DNA of 63,276 nt, the filler included, from Reticulomyxa filosa (lineage: Eukaryota; Protista; Foraminifera), in NCBI GenBank assembly GCA_000512085.1. It is 17 parts of 17 records of this genome, joined end to end, with 100 filler letters (N's around TTAATTAATTAA, not from the genome) between each part and the next. Parts side by side here need not be neighbours in the genome. Positions count along the whole stretch, not along the records: positions 11,629 to 14,952 come from ASPP01008658.1; positions 15,053 to 22,381 come from ASPP01003120.1; positions 22,482 to 27,487 come from ASPP01012998.1; 14 more parts are not named here. One strand, 5' to 3'. Both the position numbers and the translations under genes were made by a program. Below are positions 11,700-23,513 of this stretch, in pieces. Each line of letters starts with the position of its first letter. Position 1 is the first letter of the stretch. A model generated the notes under the pieces. It had not been told where the DNA came from. It ran no database searches and worked only from the letters and a program-made list of their open reading frames with translations.

Positions 11700-14511
11700 C
11701 CCCGAAACGATCAAATTGGCAAATTCAGAACTGACTTTTCTTTTTTCTCCATCACCACTTTGAAAGCGTCGACCAACACATGTCGAATGCGATTGAATTT
11801 GTAGACTGCCTTTGGGTTGTTGTGACCATGCATGGTGTTGGTGGGATCAAAGTCATTTGCTTCAAGGTTGAAGGCCGTTGGGTTGTTGATTTTGCAATTA
11901 TGGAAGTGCGTTCCAAACGAAATGAGAGACGTGGCAATACAAAGAATGTTGTACAACTCATCCTCTTCCGCGCTGAATGTCGATGACGCCGACATGGGGC
12001 CTTCTTTCGTTGTTGGCATCTGCGATGCAGGTTTGCTTGATACTGGCGACTTGTCGAGCAAGCCACTACGAGCTTTTTCCACCAATGTTAAAAACGCAGG
12101 GATCAATATATCCACGCCTTGCAAGTTTTTTCCGAACAAACAGCCCTTGGCACACTCTCGAATCGCGACATTGCGAATACTGGTATTTGAAGACTCCAAA
12201 GTCTAGGTCATCCATAATATCATATACGTACATATATGTATATATATATATTTTTTTTTTTTGGAGTCTGAACTTTGAAAATTAGTTTGTAAAATTGAGC
12301 CAAGATGATATCTTCAAATGGAACTTGCGAAGGTGTAAGAAAAATGTTGGCGAGACATTGAAAAGCAGTTTCAAAGAGTTTGTAGCCCTTGACAACTCGT
12401 GGTGACGACGACAACGACGACGACGACGATGATGATGATGATGATGATGATGACATGTGTTGGAAGGAGAGAAAATCAAAGCAGAAATGAAATAAAAACG
12501 GGGCAAACATCTTGGCTAAAGTATTCCCTTGTGGCAACAGATGTCTTGGTGGCAGCGGCAACACGTCGATGATGGCGGTATGGAAATGCTCCAAATCTCC
12601 CAACTCGATGGACCCACTGAAATGGTGGAAAAGGGGAAGTATCCATCAGGCATCTTCGACTCACTTGGACTGGTCACGTCTCGAGACGAACGCTCCGAAC
12701 TACTAACACTACTCGACGACGAGATGGCGTGCACATTACCACTACTGCCGCCAATGCCTCCTGTCGTCATCGTGGCTGAGCTCTGTTTCATTCGCTTGAA
12801 GCGTCCTTTCACTCGTCGCGCTCTCGACATCTGCACACTGTGCAACGCTATTATTAACAGCTTCAAGGCATCCGTATAGCCCTCCATATGCAACATTTGC
12901 GACGCTTCGTTTATGTTCCGCGTCGGGTCGCCCAATAAATGAAGCATCCGATCCCATATCATATACACTTGCTCAAATCCTTTTTTGTTTCTTTTTTTTT
13001 TTTTTTTTTTTTTGGTCAAATTATGACTGAATTGTTTTTTATCAATAACTCCAAATATACGTTATCTATGTTTTGAAATAAAATAAAAATTACTTTGAAA
13101 TCAAACACATCCACATTGACTTCTTTGCATCGGTCTTCGATTGGAAAAGGCTGTTTCTCAAATTCAGCGTAGACACGGTCTTGTAAAAAGGATGGAAGCT
13201 CAGTCACATCTGTTCTGTTGGACTGTCGGTAGATTTCCGTTTTTGTCTTGCTCGCAGACTCATTACTGTCTTCTTCATCCGCGTTCTTCTCCACGTGCAT
13301 CCTTAGCATTTCCACCGTCAATGTACGCACCATTTCCTTTTTTTTTTTGATGTACGTTTTCCATCCCCTTCCCTTCCCCCTCCAACACATACACTCTCTT
13401 TTTGAAACATATGTTCACTTTATTCAGTTCAAGCCAATTGCTTTTTAGTCAAAAAAAGTGTTTGAAAAGTGGAGACAAATATGTTCGGCAGGACAAAACT
13501 CTCCACACAATAACAAAAGGCGGGAATAGGATCAATTTTTCCATGTGTTGTATCAACACCTCAAACATTTCATTCGCGGTCACAGGGTCGCAAATTGAAC
13601 ATAGTACCAGAGATCGCAATAAGCACTTTTTTGTTTTGTTTTGTTTTGTTTTTGTGGAAAGAAATGAGCATAAGAAGGAATGATGTCTTAATAATTACAA
13701 ATACATATATATATATATATATATATAACAGAGAATGGAGATAACATGAATTAATGGATACACTAATAGATGTAAGCAGTCCTTGTCGTGGGCATGATTT
13801 TGTGCGAGATAGATGACTGCGGACAGTTGACAACGAAGCAGCACTAGCCATGTTTGAGGCTCCCAATTCACGTAGGGCTGCCCCGAGGCAGTTCGAAACA
13901 GATAGATGACAAAGCCACTCAATTGTAGTTTGGTGTGCAATGGCGAGAGCAGGGGCGCAGAGGGGGAGTTGGGCAAGGGCGACGGTAGTGACACCAAAGA
14001 CGTGGAGGATGGGAAAGTAGGCGAAAATGGACTTATGGTCCCAACGTACAGCATTAAGGCTAACCGTTCAAAGATTTCTTGACAGTACTCTTGATATTTG
14101 GACTTGAGTTCTTCCGAAACTTTAAATCCCTTTTTTTTTTTGGTTGGTTGGTTTGTTTGTTTGTTTGTTTATAATTTAACATTCGTAACACTCAATGATA
14201 TTATTATTACATGAGTGTTTCTTTCTCTCGAAACAAACCGAAATTTCTTTTATTCAAAAGAAAAACTGACCAAAAACCAAAACTCGACACATCGCAATAT
14301 TCGAAAGATCATGGCGCTGGACGTCAAAGGGAGGTTCATGGCCCTGTATATGATATCAATAAAGTAGCGTACGTGCAGCTCGGTTTTGAAAATCTTGAAC
14401 CATTTCTGTTCATTTTGAACAACCGGCCAAAGCCAGTCAATCAGAGTCGCAAGTATCTCTGGTGGGGGTGGGCCACTTCCAAATCCGGATGCTTCTACAT
14501 CTTTCAACTCA

Positions 14512-14549
<38 letters not shown>

Positions 14550-14900
14550 AAAAGATTCACACATATGCATATTACATATACATATGCATATGTATATATA
14601 TATATGTATATGTACATATACATATATAAATATATGTATATATATATATATATATATAAGATACAAACAAAACTAGATTTTTCATCATCTTCCTTGACAT
14701 TGCGATAAATCAAATGCTGATAGTCATAAGTGCATTGAAAAAACAATTGTGGATAGATATGCTCCACCAAAAACCCATACCAAAAATCGAAATCATTTGC
14801 TTGCGAGATCAAATCCAATATTTTCTTGAATATCTTCACTGTGTGCTGTTGACTTGCACGTGTTTTTCTTGTCCATGGAATTGTATCAGTAGTTGGTTTT
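11700..14900 (-). CDS. RalGAP alpha/beta-family (tuberin-related) GAP subunit, internal multi-exon fragment
   Basis: By-eye resemblance to RalGAP N-terminal blocks: WDRMLHLLGDP, PQGNTLAKMFAPFLF, AFQCLANIF...ILAQFYKL, LFGKNLQGVDILIPAFL, TSLISFGTHF. Both ends run into linkers and the GAP domain is not present here. Confidence 0.6.
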
Positions 14901-15744
14901 ACTTTTTTTGTTTGTTTATTTTTCACTTTTTTTTTTTTTTTTTTTTTTTTTTNNNNNNNNNNNNNNNNNNNNNNNNNNNNNNNNNNNNNNNNNNNNTTAA
15001 TTAATTAANNNNNNNNNNNNNNNNNNNNNNNNNNNNNNNNNNNNNNNNNNNNTTGTCCATTGTTGCTAGCTTCTTTTGTAGTGTTAAAAAAAAGCAGCAG
15101 TAAAGCTGAAACAAATAAAACAACATCTACCTTACCATGATTACAGTTTTTGAGAAGTTTGAACCTTCCCAACAACAGCATAAGTTTTGCAAACTCGTTT
15201 AGCTAAAAAAAGATAATGATTTCTTTTTTTTTTTTTTTATTTGTCCACAATTGATTTAGTCTTTTCCAACAGTTGCTAATTGTTAACACAATCTCTAATG
15301 ATAAAGTCAAAACACAAAATTATAGATCTTCATATTTCATATAATTTTTTAATGATGTATTGACACGACGATATTGTCACAATACAACTCTAATCATCAT
15401 CATCAAATTAAATCAGCAACTAAGATCCCTAAATGATGTCAGATGTGACAACAATGCGGCCTTTCTTTTTTCATTTTTTTTTAAAGAAATTAATAAAATA
15501 TATTGCAGATGAAGTAAATAATTATTTGCGGAACTAAATGAAGATGTAATTCTACCATATTTGAAATGGAAGAGTTAATTCAACATCACATTTAACACTT
15601 TTAGATTTCTATCTAACAACATAATCAACTATTATTCAAGAAATTTTGGGAGACATCTATACTGTCAAAGCACTTGCAAATCAACGAAAGCTATGAAGCA
15701 CTTTCGTTGACAAAAAAAGGTTATTAAAAAAAGTGCCAAGATCT

Positions 15745-17181
15745 TCAACTATCGCTATTTTCTTCTTGAGGTTCTTTCAACATGTCAAGATAGTCCTTTT
15801 CCAACAAGCCTAAATTCTCACGTGCTTCGGCGAACTCACCTTCCTCCATGCCTTCGCCGACATACCAATGCACAAATGCACGTTGAGAATACATCAAGTC
15901 GTATTTTTGTGCAATGCGTTTATGAAAGACCCTGACAATACCCGTGTTATTTGCAATCATGACAGCATTTTTGGGAAAGGCTCCAATGTCATCTGACTCC
16001 AAAGTTGCAGCGGGTACGTCATTGAGTCCGATTTTAAATCCGGTAGGACACCATTCCACCAGAGTGACTTTGCTGTGACTTTTCAGCCACTGGACAGCCG
16101 CATTTGCATCTTTGGCTTGCACATCTCCGCGATACGTAAGTGAAATGGCCATATATTTATCTTCAGCAGGATCAAAATCAGTAAATTTGACAAACCAATT
16201 GTGAGGCTTGAAGCAATCATCTGTGATTTTATATACCTCATTGGAGGACGTTTCCAAATCCGTCTTTGCAACAATGGGACTAATTCCAGATGTCATAAAA
16301 TGCAAACGAGGGAATGGCACCAAGTTGGTGAGAAAGTCGGAAATATCTTCCGACAACTCTCCACTGAACCTCAGCGAGGCCGTCATTGAAGATATCACTT
16401 TCGATATCAACCGGTTCAAATTTGTGACATCAGGTTTGATGATATGCAGCTGCTTTTGACAAATGTCATAAATCGCCTCGTTGTCCAATACCAATGACAC
16501 CTGTGTATGTTCGATCAGATAGTGCGTCGCCAATAATGCATTGTATGGCTCCACAACACACGTGGACAGGTTTGGAGATGGATACACTTCAAATCCCAAT
16601 TTGGTCTTTTTGCTACCATAATCAGTGGTCAGGTGCTCCAATAGCAATGAGCCCAATCCGGAGCCTGTACCACCTCCCACACTATGTGCCATTATGAATC
16701 CTATCACATTGTCACAGTGGTCCACCAGCTTCCTTATTCGGTCCAATACTTTGCTCAATATTTGCTTGCCCATCGAACAATATCCTCGTGCAAAATTATT
16801 GGATCCATCTTCTTGTCCGTTTATTAAAAACTCATGGTTAAATATCGCTCCATACTCTCCGTTTTTCACATCGTCGATCACATTGGGCTCCAAATCTATC
16901 TATATATTCGTTGCAAGAGGAGGAGGTGTTTCTTTGTGATTAAAAAAAGGTATATGGAAAGGGACAAAAAAAAAAAAAAAAATATCAACTGCCAAATTCC
17001 TTGGCACAAATTGCCCATTACCAGCCTCCTCGAAAAAAATTTTTAACGAATGGTCACGTTGTTCGTTCTCCTTGCGTTTACCCTTTTTGTCAATCCCATG
17101 CTCACAACAGTATTGTTCCCAAATCGCATTGCCCATTTGAATGCCTGCTTGACCAACTTCTATTGTAATCACCTCTCTCAT
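15745..17181 (-). CDS. TUBA: Divergent alpha-tubulin (retarian alpha2-like); 2 exons (17181-16990, 16899-15745)
   Basis: MREVITIEVGQAGIQMGNAIWEQYCCEHGI, VPRNLA|IDLEP across a 90-nt GT-AG intron, NNFARG, HSVGGGTGSG, VVEPYNA, WCPTGFKIG, RAFVHWYVGEGMEEGEF. Confidence 0.96.
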
Positions 17182-17481
17182 TTTTTTGTGTTCAAATGAT
17201 TTGAATTTTATTAAAGAGTTTTTTTGAATGACCTCGGGATTTTAAACATTCAAATTTTTTCTCGAGCATATTTGACACAACTGTTTCTTTTATTTACTAA
17301 AAAACAGTACAATTGCCGAGGCTTGGTGTAATAGTCATACATTGAGAAAAATTTGCCACGCTGAATCTTTTCAACTGGAAGAATCACGAAATTTCTAAAA
17401 GATTTTGGTTTTGCTCACTGTTACAAAAGGAACCTTTTTATTTCAAAAATTCTTGGTCTCGATAGTATTAAAACCTAAGCA
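17182..17481. promoter_or_regulatory. Putative bidirectional promoter between alpha-tubulin and uL13m
   Basis: Only 300 nt separate the two divergent ATGs (17181 on -, 17482 on +). No specific motifs were identified. Confidence 0.5.
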
Positions 17482-18309
17482 ATGTCCCTGGGCTTTTATT
17501 CAAGACATTATGTCGTTCCTTCTTGGCGTCTCTTTGATGCCACAGGCAAAGTTACAATTTTGTGTTTGTTCCAAGACATTGTACTTTTGCGCGGCAGCTC
17601 GTATTGTGCTTATGCATAGAGCGTAGGGAAGCTAGCAAGTGGGCTTTCGCGTTACATTCAAGGAAAACACAAGCCAAATTATGATCCAACAATGATAAAT
17701 GGAGATTTTTGCGTCGTAGTAAATGCAAGATATCTGCAATTCCGAGGAGAAAATAAATGGTATGACAAGCGATATTTTTATCATAGTAGATATCCAGGAG
17801 GATTGAAGATCACGCAAGCGTGGAAGATGATGCAAAAAGACCCTTGCTATGTATTGCGAAGGGCAGTATATGGGATGTTACCAAAAAACAAGAAACGTCA
17901 ATACAACATGAATTTTTTAAAAATCTATCCAGGACCTTATCATCCTCATCAGCACCAATTTAAATCAATTGATCATTTAAAACGTGAAAATGAAAAATTA
18001 CCACGATTGACAGAAAAAGATAAAAAGTCAATTCCTAATTATATTATCAAAGATCGCAAATTTTTGCGACATCGATTTCGTCCGTTTGTGGATGTCACTA
18101 ACAACACCACCGACTCTCAAAAAGCCCTTGCAGGTAGCACTTCTGATCCAAACGTTAAACAACCTAAAGTTGTGCAAAAAACCACTGAGTATGATGATGC
18201 TTTTCGATTCTCACCAAGGAGACCTCATACAATTGATGTCATGAGAAAACAACAGCATTTGCTTCGAGATGCTGCTAAAAAAAGGGAAGAACTTGATAAG
18301 ACTGCTTAA
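17482..18309 (+). CDS. MRPL13: Mitochondrial (bacterial-type) ribosomal protein uL13; 2 exons (17482-17550, 17620-18309)
   Basis: WRLFDATGK|SVGKLASGLSRYIQGKHKPNYDP...GDFCVVVNA...YHSRYPGGLK...LRRAVYGMLPKN...LKIYPGPYHPH, plus a C-terminal extension. Confidence 0.93.
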
Positions 18310-19087
18310 TTTTCTTTTTTTTTCCATCGCACATTCTCGCACTTTCTTTTATTTGCTGAATTATTTCAAATGAATGGGCAACTCTAATCTTTTTGTTTCT
18401 TTTCTTTCCTCGTAGTGGATTGTATAAAAACGAAAAGACTTCTTTTCAAATACTCTTGATTAAAATGTTGGCAATAGTTTTTACTACGATTTAATCGAAA
18501 TAAATCAGAGATTTACACCCTTTTTACAATATTGCTTCTGGGAGGATACCGCTATAAAAAAAAAATTATTTGGAAAAAAATAATTCGTTGTGCTAGACTA
18601 TTAAAAGTGAAAACAAAATAATAAGTGTTGTGCATGTTCCAAAAACTATAAATTATTGCTATGTATATAAAATACGTATTTTTGATTAAATTTTTGCATT
18701 TATATGTGCATTATTAAGAATATAATGTCAACAAATGAAACCAGAGTATAAAATTTATAATAATTCGCATTAACGTTATTTTATTGTTTTTATTAGCGTG
18801 TTTTGAATTGTATATTTAACATTTCATTTTATTACAATCATAAAACAAATTTAGTATAATTCGTTCATGTTCTGTTTTTGTCAAAAGCAAAGTTGATTAG
18901 ATATTCGCTCTTACTCTAGCACTAGTGTGTACTTGTTATGTTTTTTGGAGACTTTATAGTTCAAAATTTCGAGTTTAATCACACAAATCGCTACCACTTT
19001 ATGATATAAACAAAGTAAATAAATCAAAGCGTGTTTTTCTGTTGGCCTGAAAAAGGGAAAACGTGGGACTAAACAAAGAACAGCGCT

Positions 19088-22000
19088 ATGGCCTTGACAA
19101 CCAAAGATTTTGAAGTGGGGGATTATGTTCAATTGATAAAAGACAATCGTCGTGGTTATGTCCGTTTCATTGGAAGAATTCAATCCATAGGTTTCAATTA
19201 TTGTCTTTTTTTTGCCTAGCTTTTATTTGATCATTTGAAGCATTTCCTTATCAAATGAATACAGGCAAAGTTTGCATCGGCGTAGAATGCGACAAAGAAA
19301 TACCAAACGGCCACGATGGTACCTTCAAGGGAACAAAATACTTTACCTGTCCACCAGGCAAAGGAATATTTCTCGTCCCTGACAAAATTCGTTCCATTGT
19401 GAAAAGAGTTGATTATTGACCAACATTGCATGAATATGTGTAATATATTCATTGTGAACACAACAATTTTTTTTTTGCATATTTGCACGCGAACATATTG
19501 GTAATGTGGGAATACAAACAAATAAAAATAAAAAATTATATATGTACATACATATATGCATATACATATACATACATATATATGTATACGTATATAAGAA
19601 AGCATCACCATCTCGCGGACGAGCAAGTCAGAGCGAACAAGCAAAATCTCCAAGTCAAAGCACGACAAGAAGCGGATCAACCCGAGTGCAAAGAGGGACT
19701 GCGAGCGGAGCCAAGGACGGGTCTAGAACAGCTACCTCCGTGCCACGCAAGCCAGTCGGAACGGCGAGCAAAACGAGTGACAAGAGCAAGCCGTTTGAGA
19801 TTCCAAAGGACATGACCACACCAAAGCAAATGATCGATTACATGCTGGGCTTATTGCCAGACAAAAGCACATCGGACAAACAACGTCTCCAAATCTTTGA
19901 TAAGTTCTCCCAACTCATTACATCCACTGATTCACCATTGTCTATTGAAGACGCTCAATATGCCATCACTCAATTCAAAACCCCTATGCCTACACTAGTT
20001 TTAGTTTTTTTTTTTTTTTTTTTTTGAGATCTAAGTATTATTGAATCCTTTTTTAATGTGCAGTTAAAAATGGCAAGCTCAGAAACACACGAAAAAGTAT
20101 TTGGACTAATCGTCGCAATGGCGAAACATCACTCGAATGAATTCAACACATATGCCATCTTTTACATTAAAAAGTTGATGAGCCATTTGACCGACAAACA
20201 CATTCAGTCCGTCTCTTCTTGCGAAAATGCCATTTTTCTCATTATCAACACCAGTGTCGATCATAGTTTTGTTCGTGTTGTCAATGACTTGTGTGTTGAA
20301 GAAAAATGGGTGTAGAAACGTATACATACATATATATATACATATACATATATATATACATATACATATATATATAAATTAAATGTATATGTGATATGCG
20401 ATAGAAAAATTAGTGGCAGCATTTGTGGGAACAGTTCAAGACAAGTCCCCAATAGTGAAAAAGCACTCATTCATGTTTTTGAAAACAATGCTGACGACGG
20501 TGCTTGGAAAGACTGGCCATGATGGCAGTGTAGTCATATCCAAAGAAAATGAAGATGTCAAAAAGGACGAAACAAAGAGTGACTCGACAGCAAATGCCAA
20601 TGGCAACAGCAATAACAATAACAATAACAATAACAATAACAATAACAATAACAATAACAATAAAACAGTAGTGGACAAAGAGATATTAGACTTGACCACC
20701 GAGGCATTGAAGCTTGGCTTGCAAGACAAAGACAAAGCAGTTCGAACCGAGGCAATGGAATGTGTGAATGTATTCAGCAGGTTCGACGAGAGTCGATCCG
20801 AGGCACTGGTTGCGAATATGCCTGTCCAATTCAAAAAGACCTACCACCAAAAATATGGTGGTAATTCCAACACCTCACCACTCGCGCAAGATGCGCAAAC
20901 TACCTCTTCTTCGCCAAAGACCGACAAACAAAAGCCCGTGCCAAATGTCAGAGCAAAGCCGACAACTACGACCACTACGACCACTGCTGCCAAAGATTCT
21001 CGCTCTGCAAGTGTTGGTGCTCCAAACTCTCGCACTACAAGTGCAACGAAATCGATGACATTATCAGATCGAAAACCAACGTCCAAAACCACTATCGTAT
21101 CTCCCAAATCCAAATCTAATCCTAATTCCAATTCCAATTCCAATTCCAATTCCAATTCCAATTCCAATTCCAATTCCAATTCCAATGGGTCTGCCAACCA
21201 AAAAACACCTCCAAAAACAAAAGACAAAGACACTCCCGCTAAGACGCTTCATCGCACCACGTCCTCGACCAATATCAAAACAACGCCCAAAGGTAAATGT
21301 CTTCTTCTTTTGATTGGCTCCTTACATCATGTGTGTGTGTGCATAATATGTTATATGTGCAAACCATACATAGGTCGCACAAATAGTGAGATCGGGAAAA
21401 CCAATGCAAATGGCAAAAAACCTGGCGAAGTGACAAAAGATCAAGGCAAAGGGGTCTCTGCAAAAGCAAATGGACAAGATGCAAAGGGGGATGACTCAAA
21501 GGCCACTGCAAAGACAACGACGGCAAAGGGCCAAAGTGAAAATGCGAATGAAAAAGGAAAGGGAAAAGAACAGTCCAACGGAAATAACACGGCGGTGCCA
21601 CTAAATGTGGCAATCATGGCCATCACCAACGCAAAGGACAACAACGAACCCGATGACGAAGAAGAGGAACCGGCCACTACCAAAACAAAAAAAGAAGCAG
21701 AAACACTTTGAGCTTGGGTGGAGGCATTGATTCTCAAAACTTTATGTCACAACTCTTGGACATGCCTGAAATGTATAATATATACACATATACATATATA
21801 TATATATATTTATTTATTATATTGTGCATTGTGTGTTGCGTATTTATCATTTTGTCAACTTTTTTGGCTTTTATTGCTTTTGGGTCAATATCTTGATCTT
21901 AATCGCTTTTTTTTTTTTTGAATAAAATAAAAGAAAAAATATGAATTAAAAAAAAAACAGAAAGGATAAGGCACCAACGGATACACCGACGGATGCAAGG

Positions 22001-22349
22001 GAAGATGAGAAGAAAGAGCCAACTCACGAAAGCGATGACGAGGACAAAGACAAAACGAGCAACGGCAGCACGCAAGAAAAAGATGCGTTGGCAAATGCAA
22101 ATGGCGATACAACGGATAAACACATCATTGTGGACAGCGTAGATAATGAAACCGGAAATGAAACCGAAACGGAGACAGAAGTGGAAACGACACCACAACC
22201 CGGCGAAACGAGCAGCAACAAAGACGAAAATGCAGATATGGATACAAACGGGACGGACGAAGAAAGAGCTCAATTGATTGAGTCCTTTTTAGAACTGAAA
22301 GAACCACAACTCAATTGGAAAATGGTCGAATTCTTTGCGAAAACCAGTT
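19088..22349 (+). CDS. CAP-Gly + CLASP-type TOG (HEAT) domain protein with long low-complexity tail; multi-exon, 3' end lost in gap
   Basis: Exons 19088-19190 and 19265-19407 give a CAP-Gly domain (VGDYVQL...GYVRFIG...IGVECD...GHDGTFKGTKYFTCPPGKGIFL). Later exons give SCENAIFLIINT..KKLVAAFVGTVQDKSPIVKKHSFMFL...LTTEALKLGLQDKDKAVRTEAMEC, which resembles CLASP TOG2/CLASP_N. S/T/K-rich and acidic regions follow. Confidence 0.8.
21123..21186 (+). repeat. (AATTCC)n coding microsatellite (Asn-Ser repeat)
   Basis: About 10 tandem copies. A second (AACAAT)n poly-Asn tract lies at ~20611-20661. Confidence 0.9.
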
Positions 22350-22569
22350 GAGATGTATGCTTTTACTACTTTTTTTTTTTTNNNNNNNNNNNNNNNNNNN
22401 NNNNNNNNNNNNNNNNNNNNNNNNNTTAATTAATTAANNNNNNNNNNNNNNNNNNNNNNNNNNNNNNNNNNNNNNNNNNNNGTATACGTATACAAAATAT
22501 GTATGTATATTTTATTATTATTATTTGTACATATATCTTCCCTTTTTTTTTTCGGGGGGGGGGGGGGGG

Positions 22570-23513
22570 ATAAAGAAAGCAATAAAGCCATGTCGACACG
22601 CTATTATGGTTATGCTGCGTGCATGGGTGGATCGGTGTTGGCGGCGTTTATTTTAGTCATTGTCAGGAAATTGCACTTTATGCCGTCGTCGTTTCATGTG
22701 ATTAGCCATGGCATTGTCCAGTTGATCGTTGGGGTTGTCATGACTCTCTGGTTGCAAGGAGGATTTCACATGGGCTCCAGCGGCTGGAACGCGGGCCTTT
22801 GTCTGCTAGGCATTGGCATCATCGGCTGGCTCGCCCAAGTTACATTCAATTATTCCGCCCAAAAAATCCCTGCTGGTCTGTCTAGTCTCTTGCGTGCAGG
22901 AGATGTTGTCTGGTCCTATCTTTGGCAAGTTATCTTACTTTACAAAAAAAAACAAAACAAACTAGACAAGAGATTAAATAATTCTAACACATTATTTCGT
23001 TTGTTTTTGTTTTTTTTTTTTTTTTTTTTTTTATTCATTTGGGGGCAAACAAAAAAAAATCTTACATGTTAATAGTGTGGTTTGTAGATAACGATACTGA
23101 AAGAACATATCAGCTGGCTGACGCTTACTGGTGCTGGCATGGTCCTACTTGCCATAAGCTGCGTTTCGATTGAAAAGTTAAATGCGAGCAGACGAAAGTT
23201 CGTCACGCTTCACAAAATGAAGGCTAAAGAATATGTCATCGACAATTCACAGTCCAATGCAAATAGTGAACCCGTCCATGCCTCCGCAAAATTGGCCATG
23301 GCAACTGGCCAACATCACTTGAGCCGGACTGAAAATCCTGACTGTACACTCGAAATACAAAAAGCTGACATTTCTCCGTTTGCATCCACTACCACCAGTG
23401 CAAACACAAGTCCTCGAAAAGATAATGCTGATACGCAAAAAATTAATAATGTTCAACACAACCCAGAAACTATGTCTTTGAAAAAACATCTTTCCACAAG
23501 CCCATTAAATTAA
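22570..23513 (+). CDS. EamA/DMT-superfamily (SLC35G-like) transporter, 3' part
   Basis: Several TM helices, ILVIVRKL, GIIGWLAQVTFNYSAQKIPAGLSSLLRAGDVVWSYLWQ, and a last exon ISWLTLTGAGMVLLAI. Confidence 0.8.

Noticed and set aside
20436-21737. Antisense ORFs with poly-L, (EL)n, (GI)n and (YC)n tracts, and similar ones at 41031-41765 and 59231-59844
   Set aside because: They are shadow frames of coding microsatellites in the real genes on the opposite strand or in another frame.
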